This document shows, in pieces, positions 20,565-29,739 of a stretch of DNA of 64,000 nucleotides. The position numbers and the translations under genes were made by a program. Every line of letters starts with the position of its first letter. The stretch's first letter is position 1. Source of the DNA: a virus. The notes beneath the pieces are model-generated. The model was given only the letters and a program-made list of their open reading frames with translations. It searched no databases and was not told where the DNA came from. The stretch lies in the IMG/VR virus record IMGVR_UViG_3300035670_000096; one strand, 5' to 3'.

Positions 20565-22460
20565 CTAGACCCAGACATCTCCCCATGAGCCAGTCAACGC
20601 TCCCTTGGAGTAAGAAATAGCCCTATTCTCAAAGAAGGATGTATGAATAGGGGCGTTAATGATTTCTTCTACCCACGGGAGGGGGTTCTTTTTGACTTTG
20701 AAGATTCCTTTTAAGCCGAGAGAGATCAGCCGCCTGTCGGCAATGTAACGGATGTACTGCTTAACGTCATCCGCTGACAATTGCTCCATTGGCCCCATAG
20801 AGAAAGCAAGGTCGATAAACCTGTCCTCTAGCGAAACCATCGTTTCAGCGACGGTGTAAATCTCTTTCTTTAGCTCGTCCGTCCATAATTGGATGTTTTC
20901 CTTTATATAGGAGCGGAATAGTTGAATCATTGCTTCACAATGTAGGGATTCGTCCAGCAACGACCATGAAATTATCTGCCCCATACCTTTCATTTTCCCG
21001 TGGCGGGGGAAATTCAGAAGCATGATAAATGACGAGAACAACTGCATCCCTTCAGTAAACGCAGAGAAGCAAGCAATTTGCTTAGCAATCTGAGATTGAT
21101 CTAAAGAAGACACCTCTTGCACGTACTCATGCTTTTCCGCCATCTCTTTATATTGCAGAAATTCGTTGTAAGTGCTTTCCGGTAGCCCTAAAGTCTCTAC
21201 TAGGTGGGAGTAAGCCGCGATATGAAGAGCCTCTCTAGCGGCAAAACTAGATAGCATCATCCTTACTTCAGGGGCCTTAAACATCGGGAGGTAATTAGTT
21301 ACGTAAGCACTTGCAACATCACAGTTCCCACTAACTACGCTTTTACCATTGGCCCGAATTAGGATCTTCCCAGTGGGTACAGTGACGCAATACACTTTTC
21401 CGGAGTACGCTTCAGGAATCATATCTACATGCTGACAGTCAACTGCCCCATCTCCGTCAATATCCAGAGAGAGAGTATAGCAGTCAGAGAACAACTCACT
21501 TCGCTCGTCTGTCTTTTGGAAAACAAAAGAAGCGATACCCGATAAGCAAGCGACAGCATGGGCGACATCCATCGCCTTTTTGTTAGTGCTGTAGTAGTAA
21601 TGCTTATTGTAACTATCAGGCTTATGGCCGTCCCACTCGACCAACTCTTCACAGAATTCCTTCGCCCAATGCTTGCTGATTTCGTCTAGCTTCACCCACG
21701 AGAAATCCTTGCACATCCTCACTGGAGACTCGACGTAAAATTCAACATATTCGCCATCGACTGATTCATGGAACCTAAGATCGGTTTTAGTGATTATGTC
21801 GCGGAACCGCTCAATCTTGCGCTTCTTCTTGAATTTGAACCGATGAGGGATAAAGCCAAGTTTGGATCCATCTATGCCATCCTTGACGTTTCCATCCGCC
21901 TGAAATGCGATCCAGACTCGTTCTATTGGGGTCAGTTCATTCTTGCCGCCAGCACCATTCCCAGAAACAGCTAACTTCTTTCCTTGGTATAGCTTGGCAT
22001 CTTTCGCTAAGGACTCCTTCCAGTCTCCTTTGTACTTATAGACAACTCTATGAGTTGGTGTCACGGCATGGTTAACCGCGACACGATCCGCCTTTAGTCG
22101 AATCAATTCTCCATCGAAGTTATTGCAGATTATTCGGCTTGGGCGGACGAATGTAACCTTTTCGTCGTCATCTACTTGGGCGACTTTATCGCCTTCAGTT
22201 AAATCGAAAAAGAACTTCCACCCACTATCCGTAAGGATCTCCGTCTCAGAATGAAAGCAATCCCCCTGCGTGAAAAAGCGAAAAATCTGAGTCAGGAAGT
22301 ATTTTTCTTCGTCTGTTAACTTCTGTTTCCAGTCGTTGACATCCTGTATCATCTCCACTTCCGTGTGAAGCCAGTGAGACTGCTCACTCATGAGCCAGTA
22401 ATCAAAAGCCCAGCCGTAAGAGAATGGCTTAAACGCTGCACGATTGTCAGTTAGTTTCAT
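20565..22460 (-). CDS. nrdB: ribonucleotide reductase small subunit (R2) interrupted by an intein
   Basis: Di-iron ExxH motifs (AAREALHIAAYSH and LLDESLHCEAM) plus FTEGMQLFSSF. ATG at 22460 lies 4 nt after the nrdA stop. The track start at 22475 is a GTG inside nrdA. Confidence 0.85.
   Translation of the reverse strand: MKLTDNRAAFKPFSYGWAFDYWLMSEQSHWLHTEVEMIQDVNDWKQKLTDEEKYFLTQIFRFFTQGDCFHSETEILTDSGWKFFFDLTEGDKVAQVDDDEKVTFVRPSRIICNNFDGELIRLKADRVAVNHAVTPTHRVVYKYKGDWKESLAKDAKLYQGKKLAVSGNGAGGKNELTPIERVWIAFQADGNVKDGIDGSKLGFIPHRFKFKKKRKIERFRDIITKTDLRFHESVDGEYVEFYVESPVRMCKDFSWVKLDEISKHWAKEFCEELVEWDGHKPDSYNKHYYYSTNKKAMDVAHAVACLSGIASFVFQKTDERSELFSDCYTLSLDIDGDGAVDCQHVDMIPEAYSGKVYCVTVPTGKILIRANGKSVVSGNCDVASAYVTNYLPMFKAPEVRMMLSSFAAREALHIAAYSHLVETLGLPESTYNEFLQYKEMAEKHEYVQEVSSLDQSQIAKQIACFSAFTEGMQLFSSFIMLLNFPRHGKMKGMGQIISWSLLDESLHCEAMIQLFRSYIKENIQLWTDELKKEIYTVAETMVSLEDRFIDLAFSMGPMEQLSADDVKQYIRYIADRRLISLGLKGIFKVKKNPLPWVEEIINAPIHTSFFENRAISYSKGALTGSWGDVWV
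21324..22259 (-). mobile_element. intein (312 aa) with LAGLIDADG-like endonuclease region in NrdB
   Basis: FFTQGD|CFHSETEIL ... KSVVSGN|CDVASAYV. Starts with Cys1, ends with Asn, +1 residue is Cys. Dodecapeptide-like WIAFQADGNV and ELVEWDGHK. The penultimate residue is Gly rather than His. Confidence 0.75.
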
Positions 22461-22464
22461 ACTG

Positions 22465-24249
22465 TTAGCCCTCACACGCCAAGCAGCCTTCTCCGTTCGC
22501 CACTTGATTCATGTCTATGTCCTCGATCCTCTTCCTTTCGATTTTTTGAGAAACCTTATCCGCCTTCCTGATACTCTCGGATCGGCAGTAGTAAAGAGTC
22601 TTTAGCCCCAACTTCCAAGCCATGAAATGAACAGTATGAAGATACTTAATGCTCTCGTCAGGCTTAAAGAACAAATTCAGAGACTGACCTTGATCGATGA
22701 ATTTCTGTCGGTCGGCAGCGTGCTCTATCACCCATCTCTGGTCGATCTCGATAGCGGTCTTAAAGACTTCCTTTTCTTCGTCAGTCAACTCTTTGAGGTG
22801 CTGAACTGATCCGTTGTTAGCAATGATGGAAGACCAGATTTCTTGCGTATCGTCTCCGACTTTTTCTTTTAGCAGTTTTTCGAGATGCTTATTTTTGTTC
22901 ATGTAAGAGCCGGAAAGGGTATCCTGCCTGTATGCGTTTGCCCTATAAGGCTCTATTGAAGGGCTAGTGTTGCCCATTATGATAGAGGTCGTCGCATTTG
23001 GCGCAATAGCCATCACATGACTAAATCTAAACCCAGTCCCTGCGGCGTCAGGAGCCTCCCCCCTCTTTTTTCCAAGCTCCAAATTAGCCTTATCCATCTC
23101 TGTCCTGATGTGCTTTATAATCTGTTTATTGCAAATCTTAGCTGCAAGAGACTCAAACGGGATCATCTTGGACTGCAAGTAAGAATGGAATCCTAGTTCT
23201 CCAATGCCGATTGACCTTTCGCGCATGGCAGAAAATTTAGCCCTTGAGATTTCATCTGGAGCACGCTGAATAAAGCAATCCAGTACGTTATCCATGAACT
23301 CAGCAATATCCAGGAAGAACTGGCTGTCTTTCGACCACTCATCGTAATAGTCGATATTGACAGACGAAAGGCAACAGACTGCCGTTCTGACCTCACTAAC
23401 TGGGAGAATCACTTCGGCGCAAAGGTTGGATTGCTTAATGCTTAAACCTTTTTCTTTCAAGAACTTAGGCATCTCACGATTTGAAGTATCAATGAAATGG
23501 ATATACGGCTCACCCGTCATCATTCGAAGTTCAATGATTTTCTGCCACAGATACTTAGCAGATACGACTTCTTTCGCTACTTTAGAGGCGGGATCAATTA
23601 ACGCCCATGAGTCGTCGGTTTTTGGGTTCTTCATACAGTTCTCAATTATTTGCATGAAGTCGTCTGTGATATTGACGCCGTGGTGAAGATTTAAGCATCG
23701 CTGGTTTGGGTCGCCAGTAGGTTTTCTCATCTCAAGAAACGGGATAATGTCTGGGTGAGATATATCGAGGTACATAGCATAAGAGCCTCGACGTGTCCTA
23801 CCCTGCCTGTAGGCCAAGCAAGAAGCATCGTATGTCTTCATGTGCGGCATGATCCCGGTTGACTTATCATCTGACGACCGGATCCCAAGCCCGATCCCAA
23901 CCCCGCCGCCAAGCATAGAAAGCCAGTTCACTTCGGATAGAGTATCCACCAACCCCTCTGAAGTGTCTGGCAAGTATGATAAGTAACAGCTTATAGGAAG
24001 ACCTTTTTTGGCTCGACCAAATGAAAGGATAGGTGTCGAAGCAGAAAACCATTGTTTCGACATATACTCGTACATCCTTTGGGCGTGATCTTTATTCGAC
24101 CCAAAAGCGTTTGCCACGTAAGCAAATCTTTCCTGGGGGCAGTCCTCTTCGTCGCGCATGTAAGACTCTTTCATGCGCTTGATACCCAAGCTATCAAACA
24201 AAAGGTTTCTCTCTCGGTCTATTTCAATGCCGAGGTATTTCTCTCTCAT
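22465..24249 (-). CDS. nrdA: ribonucleotide reductase large subunit (R1), no ATP-cone evident
   Basis: Active-site SNLCAEVILP, GEPYIHFIDTSN, TLYYCRS, and a C-terminal redox pair CLACEG. 594 aa. Confidence 0.9.
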   Translation of the reverse strand: MREKYLGIEIDRERNLLFDSLGIKRMKESYMRDEEDCPQERFAYVANAFGSNKDHAQRMYEYMSKQWFSASTPILSFGRAKKGLPISCYLSYLPDTSEGLVDTLSEVNWLSMLGGGVGIGLGIRSSDDKSTGIMPHMKTYDASCLAYRQGRTRRGSYAMYLDISHPDIIPFLEMRKPTGDPNQRCLNLHHGVNITDDFMQIIENCMKNPKTDDSWALIDPASKVAKEVVSAKYLWQKIIELRMMTGEPYIHFIDTSNREMPKFLKEKGLSIKQSNLCAEVILPVSEVRTAVCCLSSVNIDYYDEWSKDSQFFLDIAEFMDNVLDCFIQRAPDEISRAKFSAMRERSIGIGELGFHSYLQSKMIPFESLAAKICNKQIIKHIRTEMDKANLELGKKRGEAPDAAGTGFRFSHVMAIAPNATTSIIMGNTSPSIEPYRANAYRQDTLSGSYMNKNKHLEKLLKEKVGDDTQEIWSSIIANNGSVQHLKELTDEEKEVFKTAIEIDQRWVIEHAADRQKFIDQGQSLNLFFKPDESIKYLHTVHFMAWKLGLKTLYYCRSESIRKADKVSQKIERKRIEDIDMNQVANGEGCLACEG

Positions 24250-24266
24250 GAGTTCTCCTTGATTAG

Positions 24267-24309
24267 CCTATCTGTAGCGGTGAATCTACAGAATACCACT
24301 ACAGATAGG
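24267..24309 (-). promoter_or_regulatory. 11-bp perfect inverted repeat immediately upstream of nrdA
   Basis: CCTATCTGTAG (24267-24277) and CTACAGATAGG (24299-24309), with a third CTACAG copy in the 21-nt spacer. Lies 18 nt upstream of the nrdA ATG. Confidence 0.4.
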
Positions 24310-24326
24310 GTAGGTCAAGTTAAGAG

Positions 24327-24578
24327 CTACTCCTTCTCCATGCTTGCAATCTTGCGGTCCAGATACCACCGGGCCTTCTTCAAGTCTTGCAGCGGCGTGC
24401 CTTTCAGGCTGTGCCGGAACAGGTACTTAATGCAGTTGCCAAGCCGGAAGTCATTACAGAAACCATACTGCTCAATGATGTCGATAACATCCATTGGCCC
24501 TTTCGTGTAGTGGCTAGGATAGTTTACAGGATCGTGTCCGCCTACCCACTTGTTTTCCATTTTCACTTGAGATTCCAT
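24327..24578 (-). CDS. DUF3310-like small phage protein
   Basis: HYTKGPMDVIDIIEQYGF...GNCIKYLFRHSLKG..DLKKARWYL matches my recollection of the DUF3310 signature. Confidence 0.6.
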   Translation of the reverse strand: MESQVKMENKWVGGHDPVNYPSHYTKGPMDVIDIIEQYGFCNDFRLGNCIKYLFRHSLKGTPLQDLKKARWYLDRKIASMEKE

Positions 24579-24583
24579 CTTTA

Positions 24584-25405
24584 TTATCCCTTTCCTTTCA
24601 AGAATTCAAGGCTCTCTTCCTCTGCGAACCAGCGGAGTTGCGCCCATCCGTTGAAGTTCCTTTCACCCATGCCGTCATACGGGCAAGCGACGTGCTCCAT
24701 GGGCGACCAGTGCGGCGGGTTAGCCGAAGCTAACTTATCAAACAACTCGATATCTTTTCCCATGTCTCTCTTTCCATCGTGATTCAGGTAAGAAACCCTT
24801 GCACATCGGGCGGCGGAAATCTTCAGCCTCACAGACAGAGGCAGAGTCCGCTCTTCGTCAAGCAAGTAGGGGGTGTGCCATTGGAAGTACTTCTTTTCCA
24901 CTGGCCTGCTGCCGTTCAGCGCCTCTCTCATTGCGCAGGCCAGGGCGTTGATCTCAAGCTGAGCAAGGGGACTGCATCTTTGAGAGAAGAAGTTATCCCA
25001 TTCAGTCGAAGAGACAATCGCCTTATGCCAGAGAAAAGGTTCAAGCAGTCGATTCACTACCTGCTTATGGATTCCTAGTCCTTGGAGTTCTGCGGCCTTA
25101 TAGCAAGCGTAATTAGCGTAATTCTTCCACAGATTAACCGCCGTCTCGTAAGCCTCGCCTGAAAGCGGTTTCCCGGCCTGCATTCCTTTCTGGTTTGTTC
25201 CGAATTCAATCGGGATGGCTGGGTCCTTCTGAACCCGCTCAATCATCTTGTGAATCGGGATAGCCCTGGAACTTGCTGAATTGCGCGAGAAGGCTCTATG
25301 TGTGTTGAACTCGGCCAGGACATAGCGGTGCATACAGACTTCCATCGTCGTCAGCCTATCGCCGTAAGCGTTGATAGAGTCTTCAATTACCTTTGCGTAA
25401 ATCAT
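24584..25405 (-). CDS. thyX: flavin-dependent thymidylate synthase
   Basis: ThyX motif (R)HRxxSxxxxSxR is present as THRAFSRNSASSR. 273 aa. Confidence 0.85.
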   Translation of the reverse strand: MIYAKVIEDSINAYGDRLTTMEVCMHRYVLAEFNTHRAFSRNSASSRAIPIHKMIERVQKDPAIPIEFGTNQKGMQAGKPLSGEAYETAVNLWKNYANYACYKAAELQGLGIHKQVVNRLLEPFLWHKAIVSSTEWDNFFSQRCSPLAQLEINALACAMREALNGSRPVEKKYFQWHTPYLLDEERTLPLSVRLKISAARCARVSYLNHDGKRDMGKDIELFDKLASANPPHWSPMEHVACPYDGMGERNFNGWAQLRWFAEEESLEFLKGKG

Positions 25406-25696
25406 TCACTTCCCTTTCTCAAACCACTTCATGCACATCCATTGTGACGCTGAAGCGGTTATCGTCATTGTTACAACGTAAATTAAGCCTAACGCTAAAG
25501 CGTGATTCATGTCGGCAGACCTAATGATCTTCATGAATTGATCGACCATTAGAATCTGCCCCACGAAGTAGGTTACGTTAGCTATTACGGAGCCGATTGT
25601 CCCATAAAGGATACTGCTACTATTCCTCGCCCTGCTTACCAGTACGTAGCTAAACTGCTGCGCTATCAGTACCGGAATCAGAATCCAATAATTCAT
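25406..25696 (-). CDS. small integral membrane protein
   Basis: Start trimmed to MNYWILIPVLIAQQ.... About three hydrophobic helices. Its stop abuts the thyX start (TCAT). Confidence 0.5.
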   Translation of the reverse strand: MNYWILIPVLIAQQFSYVLVSRARNSSSILYGTIGSVIANVTYFVGQILMVDQFMKIIRSADMNHALALGLIYVVTMTITASASQWMCMKWFEKGK

Positions 25697-26042
25697 GCCG
25701 ACTATCTCTCTCTTTAGTGTGTTCCGGGCATAAGGCGGTAAGCCAGTAGTCACCGCTAACCTTTCCCGGCTTGCCGCAAATCATGCAGGTCTTTTCCGAC
25801 TCTGATTCGGCCCTGGCGATTCGGTCGTATATCTCATCCGTGCCAACATCAATATAGAATCGCAGGCCGCCGAACTTCTCTTTGATTTGAAGCAGGCTCC
25901 CGTCCCACCCCATCGAGAAAAGGTCGTTTATGAGGTCGTTCACAATAGAACGCCAGCCTTCCATGCCGCCAATGATGGCGTCAGGCCATTCCCCCTCTTT
26001 TATCCTTTTAGCCTGGAAGCCGTAGTAGATAGATCGAATCAT
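25650..26042 (-). CDS. hypothetical phage protein with C-terminal CxxC...C..H knuckle
   Basis: 130-aa ORF containing KEKFGGLRFY and CMICGKPG...ALCPEH. The 3' end overlaps the membrane ORF. Confidence 0.5.
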   Translation of the reverse strand: MIRSIYYGFQAKRIKEGEWPDAIIGGMEGWRSIVNDLINDLFSMGWDGSLLQIKEKFGGLRFYIDVGTDEIYDRIARAESESEKTCMICGKPGKVSGDYWLTALCPEHTKERDSRHELLDSDSGTDSAAV

Positions 26043-26043
26043 T

Positions 26044-27282
26044 TCAGTCCTCCATTATCGAATATTCAACCGTGCCAAGCAAGCCATCTTCCTTATGCCA
26101 GATAAATCCTTGCGCCCCGAGGACGTTCCCAATATACCCATGAGAAGAGTGATAATAGTCCGGTGGGCATAGAGCCGGAATAATTCTAACCTTAACTCCC
26201 ATCTTTTCATAGACTCGTTCCTGATGAAGATGTCCAACGTGCGCCTCCCTGATTCTTGACTTGGCCCATAGCTCGGGCTGTTCGACGGCCATCATTAACG
26301 GGCGGTCCTTGTGAGCGCCTTTATCGCCATGCTCGAACATGACTAAATTCTTTCCCCAGGTCCAATACTTCCTTTGCACTGGGTCGTTATAGACAGTTAC
26401 ATTTGGCTGCTTATCGTAGATAATCGAGATGCAATTACCCAAGTGCCAGACAGATAAATCGTCGTGATTTCCGCTCACCATCACAACATCGACTTGCGCG
26501 ATCTGCCGCATCTTCTCAATCTGCTTTACTACCGTTTTAAGAGTAGTTGAGAATACTTTGTGATAGCGCGAGTCGTTTGACTGAGGGGTTCCCTTTGTCG
26601 TTGTACCCTCCCGGTTGTCTGAGTTCAGAATGTCATTCCCCACTACATAGACAATCTTCGAGAAACCTAGAGGGCACCGGCTCAGGATGGTATCGACAGC
26701 TTTTTCATATTCAGCCGTTGCGATACTGGTATCATAGTTCCCCCAACCAGTCTCGTCCGACCAAGCCAGCTTGCCAAAGTGGGCGTCATAAACGCTTACT
26801 TCAAGAGCGGTCTCTTCGTTCGGAATCGGCGAGAAAGACCTGCTAAACGAGAACGGCTTGCTGAAGAACTCTTTCCTTACCTCTTCGACTGCCTTCTTTA
26901 GTCCCTCTATATTGATAGAGGAGACGCGCTTGAAAGTAGCTTTTACCTGATAAAGAGGAGAGGTTCGAAGTTGGCCGTCTTTATCCTTAGCGCCAACCTC
27001 CCAAGAGTTGCAGATAAACCTTTCGACTTCCCACTTAGAAGTGTCAACCTCAAAGAACTTGATTAGCTGCTCAAGGGTGTGGATCCGGGTTTCCTTTAAG
27101 GAAATGTTCCACTTATCTCCAACGTATTCATGGCTTACTGCCGGATTTTCAGTTGGGATACGAAGAGTGGCGAGAATCTTCCGGGCCTTCTTTTCTCCGC
27201 AATTGAGAAGAGCGGCCAGCTTGTATCGGCCTATCGTGTCAACCGTGTAACCGGCGTCGGTGATGATTTTTCTGTAATCCAT
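26044..27282 (-). CDS. calcineurin-like metallophosphoesterase with N-terminal extension
   Basis: Ordered motifs DAHFG (DxH), VVGNDILN (GDxxD-like), VSGNHDD (GNHD/E), HGDK and VGHLHQ (GHxH). Confidence 0.7.
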   Translation of the reverse strand: MDYRKIITDAGYTVDTIGRYKLAALLNCGEKKARKILATLRIPTENPAVSHEYVGDKWNISLKETRIHTLEQLIKFFEVDTSKWEVERFICNSWEVGAKDKDGQLRTSPLYQVKATFKRVSSINIEGLKKAVEEVRKEFFSKPFSFSRSFSPIPNEETALEVSVYDAHFGKLAWSDETGWGNYDTSIATAEYEKAVDTILSRCPLGFSKIVYVVGNDILNSDNREGTTTKGTPQSNDSRYHKVFSTTLKTVVKQIEKMRQIAQVDVVMVSGNHDDLSVWHLGNCISIIYDKQPNVTVYNDPVQRKYWTWGKNLVMFEHGDKGAHKDRPLMMAVEQPELWAKSRIREAHVGHLHQERVYEKMGVKVRIIPALCPPDYYHSSHGYIGNVLGAQGFIWHKEDGLLGTVEYSIMED

Positions 27283-27288
27283 GTCAGT

Positions 27289-28383
27289 TTATTGTACCCG
27301 AACCTTTACCATTGCATCGTAAAGAGAGTTTGCCGTGTCTTCCCATTTGAACTTCTGGCCGAACTTCGAGATAGCCTTACGTCGAGAGGCGAGTTCATCT
27401 CTCTGTCGATAAGCCTGCTCTAGTTTCGACACGACTTCATCCAAGCATGGGTCGTGCCAGTTTCCTAGCGGGTAATCGCCTTGGTAGAAAGTCTTAGGAG
27501 ATCCGCAGGTCAACAGCAGGTCTTTGCACGGATATTCCTCATCCCTCGTGATGTCCGTATGTCCAGTAGCGTCCGTAGCGATGCAAGGAACGCCGCAGGC
27601 AAGCGCCTCCATTAGGCATAGATTAGTTCCAGCCTCACAGCGATTAGGAAAGAGAATCACGTCGCACGAACGATAAGCGTAACTAATCCACAAATTACTG
27701 ACATTCTTTCCGTTTTTTACCTTTGCGTTTTCAAGGATATGTTCAAAAAATCTGAACTCGTTATCCCTGTACCACCTGTCTTCAAGAGAATAAGACATCC
27801 TGACTTTAGAGTGGGCGTTCCAAGCGAATTGCCGCATTAAAGCAGGCCACTGATTGTGCCAGTTGTAGTTCAGGCAAACCTCAGGATGCCGCTCCTGGAA
27901 GATAGACATGGCCTTAATCACGATGTCTTGCCCCTTGCGGAACTCAAACTTACCGAATGACCCGACCGTGAAAGGATTTCCTCCTGGCTTGGCCGCATAA
28001 GGGAAATCGGATAGACGAACTCCTTGAATGGCTACGGAAACAGGGATATCGACAAGCGGCTCAAGCCATTCTTGCATCCATGTACTGCCGCATACAATCG
28101 AATCCCAAAGACGGTTGGCGTAGTAGGCCATCTTCTCGCCAGCTATGTTGTTCTCAATGAAGCCATAGCCAACGTTCTTCTTACCCATAACATTGCTGGT
28201 GTATTGAAACCTATGGTCAGATAGGGCAGAAAGAACGACGTTGGCCCCAACCTCAATTGAGTCCGATTGCTGACTGTTATGGCACTCGACTTTTTTATCT
28301 GCAAGATAAAGGCACACCTGCTCCGAGCACCTGCCCCAACCATAAGCTCCGGGTTCCGGCAGGTAACAAGCAAAATCAACCAT
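27289..28383 (-). CDS. GT-B glycosyltransferase (family 1/4 type)
   Basis: C-terminal E-x7-E region PNRCEAGTNLCLMEALACGVPCIATDATGHTDI. Confidence 0.7.
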   Translation of the reverse strand: MVDFACYLPEPGAYGWGRCSEQVCLYLADKKVECHNSQQSDSIEVGANVVLSALSDHRFQYTSNVMGKKNVGYGFIENNIAGEKMAYYANRLWDSIVCGSTWMQEWLEPLVDIPVSVAIQGVRLSDFPYAAKPGGNPFTVGSFGKFEFRKGQDIVIKAMSIFQERHPEVCLNYNWHNQWPALMRQFAWNAHSKVRMSYSLEDRWYRDNEFRFFEHILENAKVKNGKNVSNLWISYAYRSCDVILFPNRCEAGTNLCLMEALACGVPCIATDATGHTDITRDEEYPCKDLLLTCGSPKTFYQGDYPLGNWHDPCLDEVVSKLEQAYRQRDELASRRKAISKFGQKFKWEDTANSLYDAMVKVRVQ

Positions 28384-28416
28384 TCACTACCTCCTTTTAT
28401 TCACCGATTCGGAAGT

Positions 28417-29739
28417 TTAATGCTCGTTCCACACCATAGAGCAAGCCTCTACTACCGTATCGCTCCACCCTCCAATCTTTCGCTGAAAAACTGTGTGGTG
28501 GATAGAAGGATTATAGAACTTATTGGCCGCTGGAGTCAAACCCCAGCGCCAGTCTGAGTTCACCGGAACCATTGTATAGCAAGGAGTACCAAGCACGCCT
28601 GCTATGTGAGAGATAGCGGTATCGACCGTAACTACACACTTCAAATTGCTAATAATCGCAGCCAGTGAAACGAGGCCCTTCCGGTCCCACGCCTTCACAT
28701 CATTAACTCCCAAGAACTCCCGCTCCCTATCAGTCAACCCTATCTGTAGAGAGATGCACTTCCTTGATTTAATCAATGGCAAGAACTCCTCTGCCTGAGT
28801 GCTTCGCCAGTGATCATTTTGATGATCCGGATTCCCTCGCCAGCAGATGCCGACATACCCATTGAGATCAGAGGCAAGCGCAGCTATCTGCGGTTCCACT
28901 GAAAGGCACTTCGAGTCGATTTCCGGCGCGTTCCTCATTAGGTCAAACATCCAGATCATACTAGACGCTTTGTAACGCTCAAGTTCAGAAGACCTAATCT
29001 TCTCGGAGAAGATGTTCTCGTATCCTTCATATTGGGCAACGATGTCATCTACAAATGCGTCGTGGCGACCGTCTAGGGAGGTTACAGTAACTTCTACTCC
29101 ACGACGAGACAACTCCAGGATAGCAGGCATCATCATAAGGCAGTCGCCAAGGCCCTGCTCAAGGATTACGCGAACCCCGAGCACCTCAATCGCTTCGTCC
29201 CATCCAGAGAGAAATCGCAGCTTCTCGTAGCCAGGAATCATCTTCGCGTATTGCTCCTCTCTCTTAGCGTACAGCTTGGTCCCGTTTTCGTAGTCCCCAA
29301 GCTGCATTAGCTTCATCCCTAGGTAGACACCTCTCTCATCTCTTAAAAACTGCCTTGCCCTCTCGTAAAACCCGAGCATATCGCAGGCGCTCGCCGCCTT
29401 CAGCTTAACTAGACCGCAGTTCTCGTTATTAAACTTCTCGATTGCCTTATCGCATACCTGAAGGGCCGAAGCAGGATCAAAGTTGAACATATAAGCTTGG
29501 GCTATATTTGCTGCATATTCAGGAATGGGATTCTTGTCGTAAGCAGAATAGAAGTACGAGATAGCGCGATCGTAGTTTTTCTTGTTGAGTAAAACCGAAC
29601 CGAGCGCACTGTGGATAACGTCGATATCGACGCCTCCAAACTTAGTGTCCTCTATTGTCTTGAGGAGGCGGAAAGCCCTATCGTAATCCTTTAGATGAAT
29701 AAAGTTTACGGCAGCTAGATAAACGTCAGAGGTCAGCAC
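28417..29739 (-). CDS. TPR-repeat protein fused to a GT9-like (heptosyltransferase-fold) glycosyltransferase
   Basis: The N-terminal ~170 aa has TPR-like A/Y/F periodicity (YDRAISYFYSAYDKNP..., YERARQFL). The C-terminal part has GLGDCLMMMPAILEL and VVTVDTAISHIAGVLGTPCYTMV. Confidence 0.6.
   Translation of the reverse strand: MLTSDVYLAAVNFIHLKDYDRAFRLLKTIEDTKFGGVDIDVIHSALGSVLLNKKNYDRAISYFYSAYDKNPIPEYAANIAQAYMFNFDPASALQVCDKAIEKFNNENCGLVKLKAASACDMLGFYERARQFLRDERGVYLGMKLMQLGDYENGTKLYAKREEQYAKMIPGYEKLRFLSGWDEAIEVLGVRVILEQGLGDCLMMMPAILELSRRGVEVTVTSLDGRHDAFVDDIVAQYEGYENIFSEKIRSSELERYKASSMIWMFDLMRNAPEIDSKCLSVEPQIAALASDLNGYVGICWRGNPDHQNDHWRSTQAEEFLPLIKSRKCISLQIGLTDREREFLGVNDVKAWDRKGLVSLAAIISNLKCVVTVDTAISHIAGVLGTPCYTMVPVNSDWRWGLTPAANKFYNPSIHHTVFQRKIGGWSDTVVEACSMVWNEH

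Noticed and set aside
25650-25753. Long version of the membrane ORF (25406-25753), which overlaps the upstream gene by 104 nt.
   Set aside because: The internal Met (MNYWILIP..., start at 25696) removes most of the overlap and begins exactly at the first hydrophobic helix. The exact start remains uncertain.
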